From Ramlibacter sp. (lineage in GTDB: Bacteria; Pseudomonadota; Gammaproteobacteria; Burkholderiales; Burkholderiaceae_C), in contig DATILF010000333.1 of the NCBI GenBank assembly GCA_035476755.1, forward strand, positions 992-64,991: 64,000 nucleotides of DNA, in the 5' to 3' direction. Each line of letters opens with the position of its first letter. Positions within the stretch are counted from its first letter, which is position 1. Positions 44,474-52,489 of the stretch are shown in pieces. The translations under genes and the position numbers were made by a program. Below the pieces are notes generated by a model. That model saw only the letters and a list, made by a program, of their open reading frames with translations, had not been told where the DNA came from and ran no database searches.

Positions 44474-45621
44474 GCAACCTTGACGAACGACTGCGCGCGG
44501 TAGTGCGCCACGCCGGTATCCCGGGTGTGGTCTGTGCCGCGGCCAGCCAGGCGGAGTTGATCGATGTCACCGCGCTGGGGCAAGTGGAGTTCGGATCCGC
44601 GCAGGCAATGACGCTGGACACGACCTTCTGGATCGCCTCCATCACGAAACTGGCCACCGCAGTCGCCGTGCTTCAGCTGGTCGAACGCCGAAGCCTCGGC
44701 CTCAACGACGAGGTAGCGGATTACCTGCCTTTCTTTGAAGACCCGGAAGTCTTGGCGAGCTTCGGCCGCACCCCTGCTCGAGCGCGAGTAAGGGTGCGCC
44801 ATCTGCTCACCCACACCGCCGGCTTCGGCTACGAGGCGTGGAGCCCGACTCTCTCCGAGTATGTCGCGCAGAACGGGCTGCCCGCTGCACGGACCGGATC
44901 GCGCAGGTCGCTGGAGCGACCACTTCTGTTCCAGCCGGGCGCGTGCTGGAACTACGGCATAGGCATGGACTGGGCGGGGCTGCTGGTGGAGCAGGTCAGC
45001 TGCGGCACCCTGTCCGACTATCTGGAGGCCAACGTCTTCAAGCCGTTGGGGATGCGTTCGACCGGGTTTGCGCCGGTGCCCGCAGTCATTCGTGCGGTGC
45101 TGCATACGCGGCAGGCCGATCGCGTGCTGGACAGGACTCCGATGGATCCGAATCCGTACCGCGAATTCGATTCCGGTGGTGCCGGCCTCTACTCCACTCC
45201 GCGCGACGTGCTGCGCCTCCTTCAGTCCATCTTGCGCGCCGACCGGGGCAGCACCTCTGAAGTCCTCCTCCCCGAAACCGTTGCGCAGGCGCGCTGCAAC
45301 CAGATCGACCTGCTGAGCGTGCGCGACCTGCCCACTTGCATACCCGAGCGCAGCCACGATCTAGCGCTCTTTCCCGGCAGGAAAAAGAAGTGGAGCTACC
45401 TGGGCCTGCTTCACCAAGAGGCCGAGCCGGCTGGCAGGTCCGCCGGCAGCGTCTCATGGGCCGGCGTTGCCAACACGTTCTTTTGGATCGACTTCGATAT
45501 GTCCGTTGCGGCAGTGGTATTCGCGCAAGCCCTGCCCTTTCTCGACCCCGACGTGCTGGCGATCGTCGAGCGTTACGAGCAGGGCCTCTATGGTCGCCTG
45601 CGAAGGCAGGCTACTGCCTGA
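44470..45621 (+). CDS. Serine hydrolase, beta-lactamase/family VIII esterase fold
   Basis: SxxK (ASITK), LLTHTAG, WNYG, GGAGLYST, WAGVANT. Confidence 0.88.
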   Translation: MSNLDERLRAVVRHAGIPGVVCAAASQAELIDVTALGQVEFGSAQAMTLDTTFWIASITKLATAVAVLQLVERRSLGLNDEVADYLPFFEDPEVLASFGRTPARARVRVRHLLTHTAGFGYEAWSPTLSEYVAQNGLPAARTGSRRSLERPLLFQPGACWNYGIGMDWAGLLVEQVSCGTLSDYLEANVFKPLGMRSTGFAPVPAVIRAVLHTRQADRVLDRTPMDPNPYREFDSGGAGLYSTPRDVLRLLQSILRADRGSTSEVLLPETVAQARCNQIDLLSVRDLPTCIPERSHDLALFPGRKKKWSYLGLLHQEAEPAGRSAGSVSWAGVANTFFWIDFDMSVAAVVFAQALPFLDPDVLAIVERYEQGLYGRLRRQATA

Positions 45622-46588
45622 CCAGGTTGGCGGGCACATTCCGGACGAAGGCCTCGATGTTGTCGACCAGCTGGTCGGCGAGCCCCTGGACCGCTTCATC
45701 GCTCGCCCACGCGACGTGCGGCGTCAGCATAAAGTCGGAACGATCCAGCAGCCGCATGAAGGGGTGATCGGACGCAGGCGGTTCCACGCTGACGACGTCA
45801 AAGGCAGCGCCGCTGATCTGTCCATTCGCCAAGGCGGGGCCCACGGCATGTTCGTCCACCAGGCCGCCACGTGCGGTGTTGATCAGCAGCGGCCTGCGCG
45901 ACATGCGTGTGAACTCGTCAGTACCGATCATGTTGCGGGTCGCGGGTGTCAGCGGGCAGTGCAGCGTGATGATGTCAGCACGTTCTAGCACCTGTTCGAA
46001 CGGCGTGTAGAGCGGCCCCATGTCCGCATGCCCCTTGTATGAGGCGAACAGAACCTTCATCCCCAAAGCTCGCCCCATTGCGGCGACTGCCTGGCCCAGT
46101 ACGCCATCGCCCACGATTCCCAGGGTCGATCCGGCAAGGTCGCGAATCGGGTAATCGAAAAAACAGAATTGCTGCGCCTGCTGCCATCGCCCCGCGCGTA
46201 CCGAATCGCGGTATGCGCAGATGCTCCGGCGCAACGCAAAGATCAGCGCGAATGTGTGCTCCGGAACCGTGTGTAAAGCGTAATTGCGGATATTGCTGAC
46301 GGCAATTCCGCGCTTGCCGCAGGCCGCCAGGTCGATGTTGTCCGTACCGGTGGCGGCGACTGCGATCATCTTCAACTGCCCCGCGGCTGAAATCGCCCGC
46401 TCATCGAGCCTCACCTTGTTGACGATGACGATATCGGCTTCGGCCAGGCGTGAGGCCAGTTGATCGGGCCGGGTGCGTTCGTACACCTGAAGGTTGTGGG
46501 GAAAAGCTGGCGCCCTCAGGTAGGTCTGCGGCGAGATGGTGCCGCGGTCCAGGAATACGATGTTCAGGGGTGTGGTCTGATGTGTCAT
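45611..46588 (-). CDS. D-2-hydroxyacid dehydrogenase (glycerate dehydrogenase/hydroxypyruvate reductase-like)
   Basis: ATGTDNID, GDGVLG, LHCPLT, INTARGGLVDE, LTPHVAWAS. Confidence 0.9.
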   Translation of the reverse strand: MTHQTTPLNIVFLDRGTISPQTYLRAPAFPHNLQVYERTRPDQLASRLAEADIVIVNKVRLDERAISAAGQLKMIAVAATGTDNIDLAACGKRGIAVSNIRNYALHTVPEHTFALIFALRRSICAYRDSVRAGRWQQAQQFCFFDYPIRDLAGSTLGIVGDGVLGQAVAAMGRALGMKVLFASYKGHADMGPLYTPFEQVLERADIITLHCPLTPATRNMIGTDEFTRMSRRPLLINTARGGLVDEHAVGPALANGQISGAAFDVVSVEPPASDHPFMRLLDRSDFMLTPHVAWASDEAVQGLADQLVDNIEAFVRNVPANLVRQ

Positions 46589-46590
46589 AG

Positions 46591-47544
46591 TCACTTGGAT
46601 GCCCGCTCGTTCCATATCAGGGTGTACTCCTGTTGCTGGCGCAGCAGGTCTTTCGCAAATGCCTCGTGGTCCATGTAGCGGATGGGCATGCCCTGCTTCT
46701 GGGCCACGTCGAGGAATGCTGGATCTTTTGCCGCGTCGGCAACCACGCCGCGCAGCAGCTTGAGCACGTCCTCTGGGGTCCCGGCCGGTGCCGCCAGGCC
46801 GCGAGATGCGCTGGTGACCACGTCATAGCCCTGTTCGAGCAGGGTCGGGTTGCCCGGCATCGACTCGATTCGTTTCCTGGCGGTGACGCCCAGGGGCCGT
46901 ACCAATCCTGCCCGCAGGTCTCCTGCCCCGTCGACCGCCGTAACATAGGCCATGTCGAGGTCACCCGCGAGAACGGCCATCCGCGTTGGAGCCGCGCCGC
47001 TGTAATGCACTGCCGTCAACCTGATGCCGGCCTTCTGTTCGAGGGCGAGCATGGCCAGGTGCGGCAAGCTGCCCTCCCCTGTCGTTCCGACAGTGACCTT
47101 TCCGGGATTCGCCTTGGCGTAGCTCACGACATGGGCGATCGACTTGAACGGGCTTTCCTTGCGAACGAAGAACATGCCATCGTCCTCTACGAGGTTCGCG
47201 ATCAGCGTGAACTCGGACAGCTTGTATTGCGTGGGCTTTTGCACCGGAAACACGACCAGGTTGGGAGCCGTGACGATGCCGATCGTGTAGCCGTCCGGCT
47301 TGGCCTTGGCTGTGGCGGTGAACCCGATTTGTCCGCCCGCGCCACCGCGGTTGATCACCACCACCGGCTGCTTCAGCCGCTTCTCCAGATAGTGAGCGAT
47401 GGCGCGTCCCGTGGCGTCCGCGCCACCGCCCGGTGCGAACGGGACGATGAGCGTGATCGGGCGATCCGGGTAGGCGGCGTGGACGGGCCAGGCCGCCAGG
47501 GCCAATACAGCCGTCAAGCTGGTGATGAAAGTGCGCAGCATCAT
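46591..47544 (-). CDS. Bug/TctC substrate-binding protein (close paralog of 39650-40606)
   Basis: YPDRPITLIVPFAPGGGAD; AKPDGYTIGIVTAPN and IANLVED shared with the paralog. Confidence 0.92.
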   Translation of the reverse strand: MMLRTFITSLTAVLALAAWPVHAAYPDRPITLIVPFAPGGGADATGRAIAHYLEKRLKQPVVVINRGGAGGQIGFTATAKAKPDGYTIGIVTAPNLVVFPVQKPTQYKLSEFTLIANLVEDDGMFFVRKESPFKSIAHVVSYAKANPGKVTVGTTGEGSLPHLAMLALEQKAGIRLTAVHYSGAAPTRMAVLAGDLDMAYVTAVDGAGDLRAGLVRPLGVTARKRIESMPGNPTLLEQGYDVVTSASRGLAAPAGTPEDVLKLLRGVVADAAKDPAFLDVAQKQGMPIRYMDHEAFAKDLLRQQQEYTLIWNERASK

Positions 47545-47622
47545 GTCTCCTTGAAAACGCTCATTGCGTGGTCAAGTATGGGCAGCGCAAACCCCTGAGC
47601 CCGGGCGCCGGGGACATAACAC

Positions 47623-47976
47623 TTATGCCGTTGGAGGGGCGTCGTAGCGCGGCTCCAGCATCGGCGAGAAACAGGTTGGCCGGATAATCCGCGAGCTGAG
47701 CGAAACGAACGGGGCCATCTCCGTCGTGGTCAGCAGATATGCCTTCCACCGCGGGTCGTCAGCCAGCCGTTGGCGTCGCAGTTCCCGGTCGCCCATGCTG
47801 TCGTACGCCCACATGTGGATGACCTCGGACAGGTTGGGGCCGACCTCGGTGGTAAACATCCCCAGGAAGGTCCCCAGCAGTTCCTTCTCCAAGGGCAGTG
47901 CGACATGCTCCCAGCCCGACATCCATGTCTTCAGTTTCTCGGGCTTGAGTGTGTAGAGGCGGTGGTCGATAATCAT
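47623..47976 (-). CDS. NIPSNAP family protein
   Basis: DHRLYTLKP, HMWAYDSMGDRELRR, DPRW, RPTCFSP. Confidence 0.85.
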   Translation of the reverse strand: MIIDHRLYTLKPEKLKTWMSGWEHVALPLEKELLGTFLGMFTTEVGPNLSEVIHMWAYDSMGDRELRRQRLADDPRWKAYLLTTTEMAPFVSLSSRIIRPTCFSPMLEPRYDAPPTA

Positions 47977-47987
47977 AGGGAAACGAG

Positions 47988-48956
47988 TTAGCGCTCGAAC
48001 TTCAGGTTGTTGGATTTGATGAGCTTGCGGTAGAGGTGGGCGTCGGCTTCCATCTTTCGGCTTACGGCCGAAGCATCCATCGCCAACGGGGTGGCGCCGA
48101 CTTTCGCGATGGCCGCTCGCACTTCCGGCGTCTGCAGAATGCCGCTGAGCGACGCCCCCAGCTTTTCGCGCAAAGGCTGAGGTGTCCTGGCGGACGCGTA
48201 CACGGCAAGCCAGCTTTCCAGCGGGTTGATCGCGTTGAGCGCCTGGCTCTCGCTCAGCAGCGGGATGTCAGGCGCCACTGTCACCCGCTCACCCGAGAAC
48301 AGCCCGTACGCCCGCACGCTGCCATCCCTGATGCTGCTCAACGCGGCGGGCAGAACCAACACAGCCAGATCGATATGGCCACCCATCAGATCCGGCAACA
48401 TGTTCGGGGCGCCCCGGTAGGGCACATACGACAGCGTCACACCAGCGCGCTGCTGGAGCAGGGCAGTTGCCATGTGGGGCATGGTCCCCGAACCGCCTCC
48501 GCCCACCGTGAGTCGGTTCTCCGACTTGCGCATGAAGGCCACGAGCTCATCGACGGAGCGCGGCTCCAGCGTGCGTCGCCCCACCAGAACCAGGGGAATG
48601 CCGGCAACGCCCGTCAGGCCGGCCAGTTCACGCATCTTGTCGGTCCCGTTCACCACGTCGAGCAAGACCTGGTTGGCACCCGCCACCATCAGCGTTGCGC
48701 CGTCGGCGGGACTGGTGACCAGCTTCGCCTGCGCAATGAGCCCGCTACCGCCGGCGACGTTTTCCACCACTGTCGTGGCTTTCAGATCGGCGGCAACCTT
48801 GGATGCCACGATGCGCGTGATGATGTCGTTGGTTCCGCCGGCCGGATTTCCGCTGACGAAGCGGTAGGTGGCGGGGAGTGGCTGCGCATGCGCGTTAAGT
48901 GACCAAGCGAGCGCAAGAAGGGTCAATTGCGCGAGTGTCTTTTTCATGGATGTCAT
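47988..48956 (-). CDS. Bug/TctC substrate-binding protein
   Basis: Signal peptide; PAGGTND, ENVAGGSG, PADG, VPYRG. Confidence 0.88.
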   Translation of the reverse strand: MTSMKKTLAQLTLLALAWSLNAHAQPLPATYRFVSGNPAGGTNDIITRIVASKVAADLKATTVVENVAGGSGLIAQAKLVTSPADGATLMVAGANQVLLDVVNGTDKMRELAGLTGVAGIPLVLVGRRTLEPRSVDELVAFMRKSENRLTVGGGGSGTMPHMATALLQQRAGVTLSYVPYRGAPNMLPDLMGGHIDLAVLVLPAALSSIRDGSVRAYGLFSGERVTVAPDIPLLSESQALNAINPLESWLAVYASARTPQPLREKLGASLSGILQTPEVRAAIAKVGATPLAMDASAVSRKMEADAHLYRKLIKSNNLKFER

Positions 48957-50125
48957 CCTGGCTCGTTGATACCTACCACGGGACTGTCGATCGCTAGTTG
49001 CATCAGGTCGTTCTCTGTGGCCTTGCCGAACTGCCGGGTGTTGGCGAGCAGGTCTCGCATGAAACGGGTGCCGGGCAAGCCGGTGGCGTCCAGGTTGGCG
49101 ACGAACCGGCCCTGCACCATGGCGTTGAATGACGCCAGCCGCAGGGTTTCGTTCCTGTCAAGCCGGGTTGTTTCCATGCCCTGCCGCGCGAAATGCATGC
49201 GCGCCTGTGCGCCACCCACTCCGTAGAACACCTGGCACTCCGCTTGGGCCAGGCCACTGAACCAGGCGCCCAGCACGGCGCGCAGGTCAGAGGGCAGCGC
49301 GCAATACGCACGCGGGGAGACGCAATACTCGAGGTTCAGCCGCCCCAGGCTACCGGTCTCGAGGCGGTACCGCGTCACTCTGTCGACTCCGAACACCTGC
49401 GCGGATCCATCCGTCATCGCTGCGGCGTCGATCTCGCCGGAAGCGATGGCCGCGGCCACCTGCGGCGAGGTCTTCATGCATACGATCGCACCGAGCTGGC
49501 GATAGATCTCTCCATGCCAGCCCGAAGAAGCGCTGATGCGCAATCCCCTCATGTCGTCGAGCGCTCGAATCGGGCGGCGCGAGAAGACGACGTCGCCGGC
49601 GGTCGCCTTCAGCCGGCCCATGCGGACGCCTTGCCGGTCGAAGTCGGCCATTAGCCACTGCCGATAGAGCAGCTCGGACACGAGGGTGGCGACATGTGCA
49701 CCGGGAAAGAGTCCCGGCAGGAACAGCCCCTGGAACAGCTTGAATCCCAGCTCGGGCGACCTGGACGAATAGCAGGCGGTAATGTCGATGAGGCCGTCGC
49801 GCACCATGCGCCAGCCATCGGTCAGAACGTGGCTGCCCTCCCCCCAGACCGGCTCGATCGACAGGCGGCCGTGCGACATCGACTGGAGGACGCGGAAAGC
49901 GGGGGTGAACACCTCGCGGACTACGAACGCGTCTGCCGGATTGTGCGCTGCAAGGCGCAGCACAAACGACGGTCCGCCACGGTCCACGCGCTGCTGCCAG
50001 CGCTGCGAAAAGTCGCCAGCCAGCCATGCCCGCGCAACCGTGGTGCGGTCGAGGGCGGACTGCAAGTCACCTGCGGCGGCCTCGGCCACGGTCGCCTGTG
50101 TGCTCGCTGCGGATGCCACCGTCAC
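48953..50125 (-). CDS. TRAP DctP-like substrate-binding protein, atypical
   Basis: LPGLFP, RPIRALDDMRGLRI, LGA, IASGEIDA; GTG start inferred from GTGA overlap; no clear signal peptide. Confidence 0.6.
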   Translation of the reverse strand: MTVASAASTQATVAEAAAGDLQSALDRTTVARAWLAGDFSQRWQQRVDRGGPSFVLRLAAHNPADAFVVREVFTPAFRVLQSMSHGRLSIEPVWGEGSHVLTDGWRMVRDGLIDITACYSSRSPELGFKLFQGLFLPGLFPGAHVATLVSELLYRQWLMADFDRQGVRMGRLKATAGDVVFSRRPIRALDDMRGLRISASSGWHGEIYRQLGAIVCMKTSPQVAAAIASGEIDAAAMTDGSAQVFGVDRVTRYRLETGSLGRLNLEYCVSPRAYCALPSDLRAVLGAWFSGLAQAECQVFYGVGGAQARMHFARQGMETTRLDRNETLRLASFNAMVQGRFVANLDATGLPGTRFMRDLLANTRQFGKATENDLMQLAIDSPVVGINEPG

Positions 50126-51141
50126 AGCTGCGCCTTGATGCCCGCCTTGCGGATGGTGTCGCCCCACATCGCGGACTCGACGGAAATAAGGCGCGCCATC
50201 TCCTGCCCCGATGTTCCCTTGGGAGTAAGGCTCAGGGCCTTGAGCGGCCTGCGCACCTCCTCCGTCTGCAGCACACGAACCACGGCGGCCCTCAGCCGAT
50301 CGACGATGGGTTGTGGCGTGCCCTTCGGCGCCCAGAGCCCATGCCAGCCAACCACCTCGAAACCTGGATAGGTTTCGCTTATCGCGGGCACCTGGGGAAA
50401 GACTGGCGAGCGACCCGGACTGGTCACGGCGATGGCTCGGACATTGCCGGCGCGGATCGACTCCTGAAGCGCGACATGCGAATCGAACAGCAAGTGGATC
50501 TGGCCGGACATCAAGTCGAGAGAGGGTGAGCGCGAGTACGGAACGTGCACCATCGGAAAACCGGCACGGCTCATCAGGAACTCTGCGCACATGTGGTGGC
50601 TGGTCCCAACACCATAGCTTCCGAAGGACAGTTTGTTTGGATTCCGCTGGCCGTACTGGACCAGTTCGTTGAGGCTTCGCACCGGCAGGCTGTTCGTGAC
50701 GGCGAGGATGTAGCCGGCCCCCATCGACACCTGGGTCACTGGCACCAGGTCCGCTTCCGGGTTGAACCTTCGCGTCGTGACGAGATGCGGAACCATGGTG
50801 ACCATCTGGTTGACTGCAAGCAGAACCGTCAGCCCGTCCGGCTTGGCCTTGGCGACCAACTCCGCGCCGATGTTGCCCGAGGCGCCCGGCTTGTTGTCGA
50901 CGATGACGGGCTGCTTCAACTCTTCGCCAAGACCCTTTGTCAAAATCCGGGCAACGGAATCCAGCCCGCCGCCGGTTCCCTGCGGAACGATGATCCGGAT
51001 AGGGCCTGTTGGCCAGTCGGCTTGCGCGGCCGCCAACCCTGGGACGCCTGCCACCAAGGTTGCCGCTATCCCGATCATCAGTTCTCGCCGGCTGTTATCC
51101 AGCGCTGCCGAATGGACGCTGGTGTTGTTCAGGTTGTTCAA
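50122..51141 (-). CDS. Bug/TctC substrate-binding protein, Tat-like signal
   Basis: SRRELM; WPTGPIRIIVPQGTGGGLD, DNKPGASG, KPDG. Confidence 0.9.
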   Translation of the reverse strand: MNNLNNTSVHSAALDNSRRELMIGIAATLVAGVPGLAAAQADWPTGPIRIIVPQGTGGGLDSVARILTKGLGEELKQPVIVDNKPGASGNIGAELVAKAKPDGLTVLLAVNQMVTMVPHLVTTRRFNPEADLVPVTQVSMGAGYILAVTNSLPVRSLNELVQYGQRNPNKLSFGSYGVGTSHHMCAEFLMSRAGFPMVHVPYSRSPSLDLMSGQIHLLFDSHVALQESIRAGNVRAIAVTSPGRSPVFPQVPAISETYPGFEVVGWHGLWAPKGTPQPIVDRLRAAVVRVLQTEEVRRPLKALSLTPKGTSGQEMARLISVESAMWGDTIRKAGIKAQL

Positions 51142-51236
51142 TCAAATGTCTCCGTTCATTTCCATGCCGCGTCGCGGCAGGGGTAGTCCTTCATGCAATG
51201 GCGCGAGGAAATGTTAGGAGCGCGGTCAGCTTGCTG

Positions 51237-51336
51237 CCAATACTTTTGCGGGAACGCGTGATACCCGTTCGGTCATAACAGTCCTCCGCTCTCTCGATGC
51301 ATGAACGGGTATCACGCGCGCCGGCAAAGGTATTGG
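51237..51336. promoter_or_regulatory. 34-bp inverted repeat forming back-to-back CatR/ClcR-type LysR-dependent promoters
   Basis: Arms 51237-51270 and 51303-51336 match at 30/34; each carries GTAT-N17-GTATTGG running into TTGGAC/TTGGCA with a -10-like hexamer 18 bp away. Confidence 0.75.
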
Positions 51337-51403
51337 ACCGGTCGCGGCCTGGTTCCGAGAATCGCCACCGGCCGCGATCTTGCGGCACACCAAAGGAGCA
51401 TCG

Positions 51404-52489
51404 ATGAGAAGAGGGATCAAGGGATTGGTAGTGGCGGGCGCGTATGGCGTCGCAACAGTGGCCTTCGGGCAATCGACCGTAACGCTCTTTGGCGTGGCCG
51501 ATGTCTCTGTCCAGAACTTGCGGGCCGATGGCGTCGGCTCCGCAACGAGAGTGGCGTCCGGTGGCAACAACACCAGTCGAATCGGCTTTCGCGGGCAGGA
51601 GGACCTCGGCGGCGGAATGGGTGCGGGTTTCTGGTTGGAGGCAACGCTCAGTGTGGACAACGGACAGGGCGCGGCAACCAACGTCAACAATCAAGCGAAT
51701 GGTGGCAGTTCCGCTCCAGCCGGAACACAGGGATTGACGTTCGATCGCCGCGCGACAGTCAGCCTGATGGGCACCTGGGGCGAGGTGCGCTTGGGCCGGG
51801 ACTACGTGCCTTCATACTGGAACGTCACTCGTTCTGACCCCTTCTCCGCAACGGGTGTCGCCTCCATTCGCAGTCTCGTTGGCACTGGCGCGGTCAATGC
51901 GGTGACTTTCGTGCGGGCATCGAACTCCGTCGCATACCATCTTCCAGCGGATCTGGGCGGCTTCTACGGCCAAGTGAACTACATGCTTGGGGAAAACGCC
52001 TCGAACGTCACCAACAGGAAAGACGGGACTTATATTGGCGCACGCGTTGGATTCGCAAAAGGCCCGATCGACGGGGCGATCGCCACGAGCAGGACTGAGT
52101 ACCTCGCCGGCGACTTCAGCAACTCGAACCTCTACGGCGCGTATGACTTCAAGGTCGCAAAGGTATCTGCCCTGTGGAACCAGTCGACGGTGAAGTCCGC
52201 TGTTCCGCTGAAGCAGCGCGACTACCAGGTCGGGCTCGTGGTGCCGGTAGGCGCGGGCGAACTGAAGGCCTCGTTTGCGCGCGCCCGGATCACAACCAGT
52301 GCGACAGATGACGGTGCGACTCTGTTGGGTCTGGGTTACGTGCACAACCTCTCCAAGCGGTCTGCCGCCTACGTGCACTACGCGCGCGTGTCGAATCGGG
52401 GAGCAGCGAGATTCTCCAATGGATCCGGAGCGCCCTCGCCCGGTGGTGATACTACCGCGTACGAGGTGGGTTTGCGTCACAGCTTCTGA
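51404..52489 (+). CDS. Gram-negative porin
   Basis: RBS AAGGAG; QSTVTLFGVAD, SRIGFRGQEDLGGG, YVHNLSKRS, GLRHSF. Confidence 0.93.
   Translation: MRRGIKGLVVAGAYGVATVAFGQSTVTLFGVADVSVQNLRADGVGSATRVASGGNNTSRIGFRGQEDLGGGMGAGFWLEATLSVDNGQGAATNVNNQANGGSSAPAGTQGLTFDRRATVSLMGTWGEVRLGRDYVPSYWNVTRSDPFSATGVASIRSLVGTGAVNAVTFVRASNSVAYHLPADLGGFYGQVNYMLGENASNVTNRKDGTYIGARVGFAKGPIDGAIATSRTEYLAGDFSNSNLYGAYDFKVAKVSALWNQSTVKSAVPLKQRDYQVGLVVPVGAGELKASFARARITTSATDDGATLLGLGYVHNLSKRSAAYVHYARVSNRGAARFSNGSGAPSPGGDTTAYEVGLRHSF

Noticed and set aside
44470-45621. Beta-lactamase resistance gene
   Set aside because: No signal peptide, WAG rather than KTG motif, and catabolic context indicate an esterase-like serine hydrolase
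51237-51336. MITE or terminator interpretation of the 34-bp inverted repeat
   Set aside because: No target-site duplication seen, it lies between divergent starts, and a third non-inverted copy of the same architecture occurs at 57662
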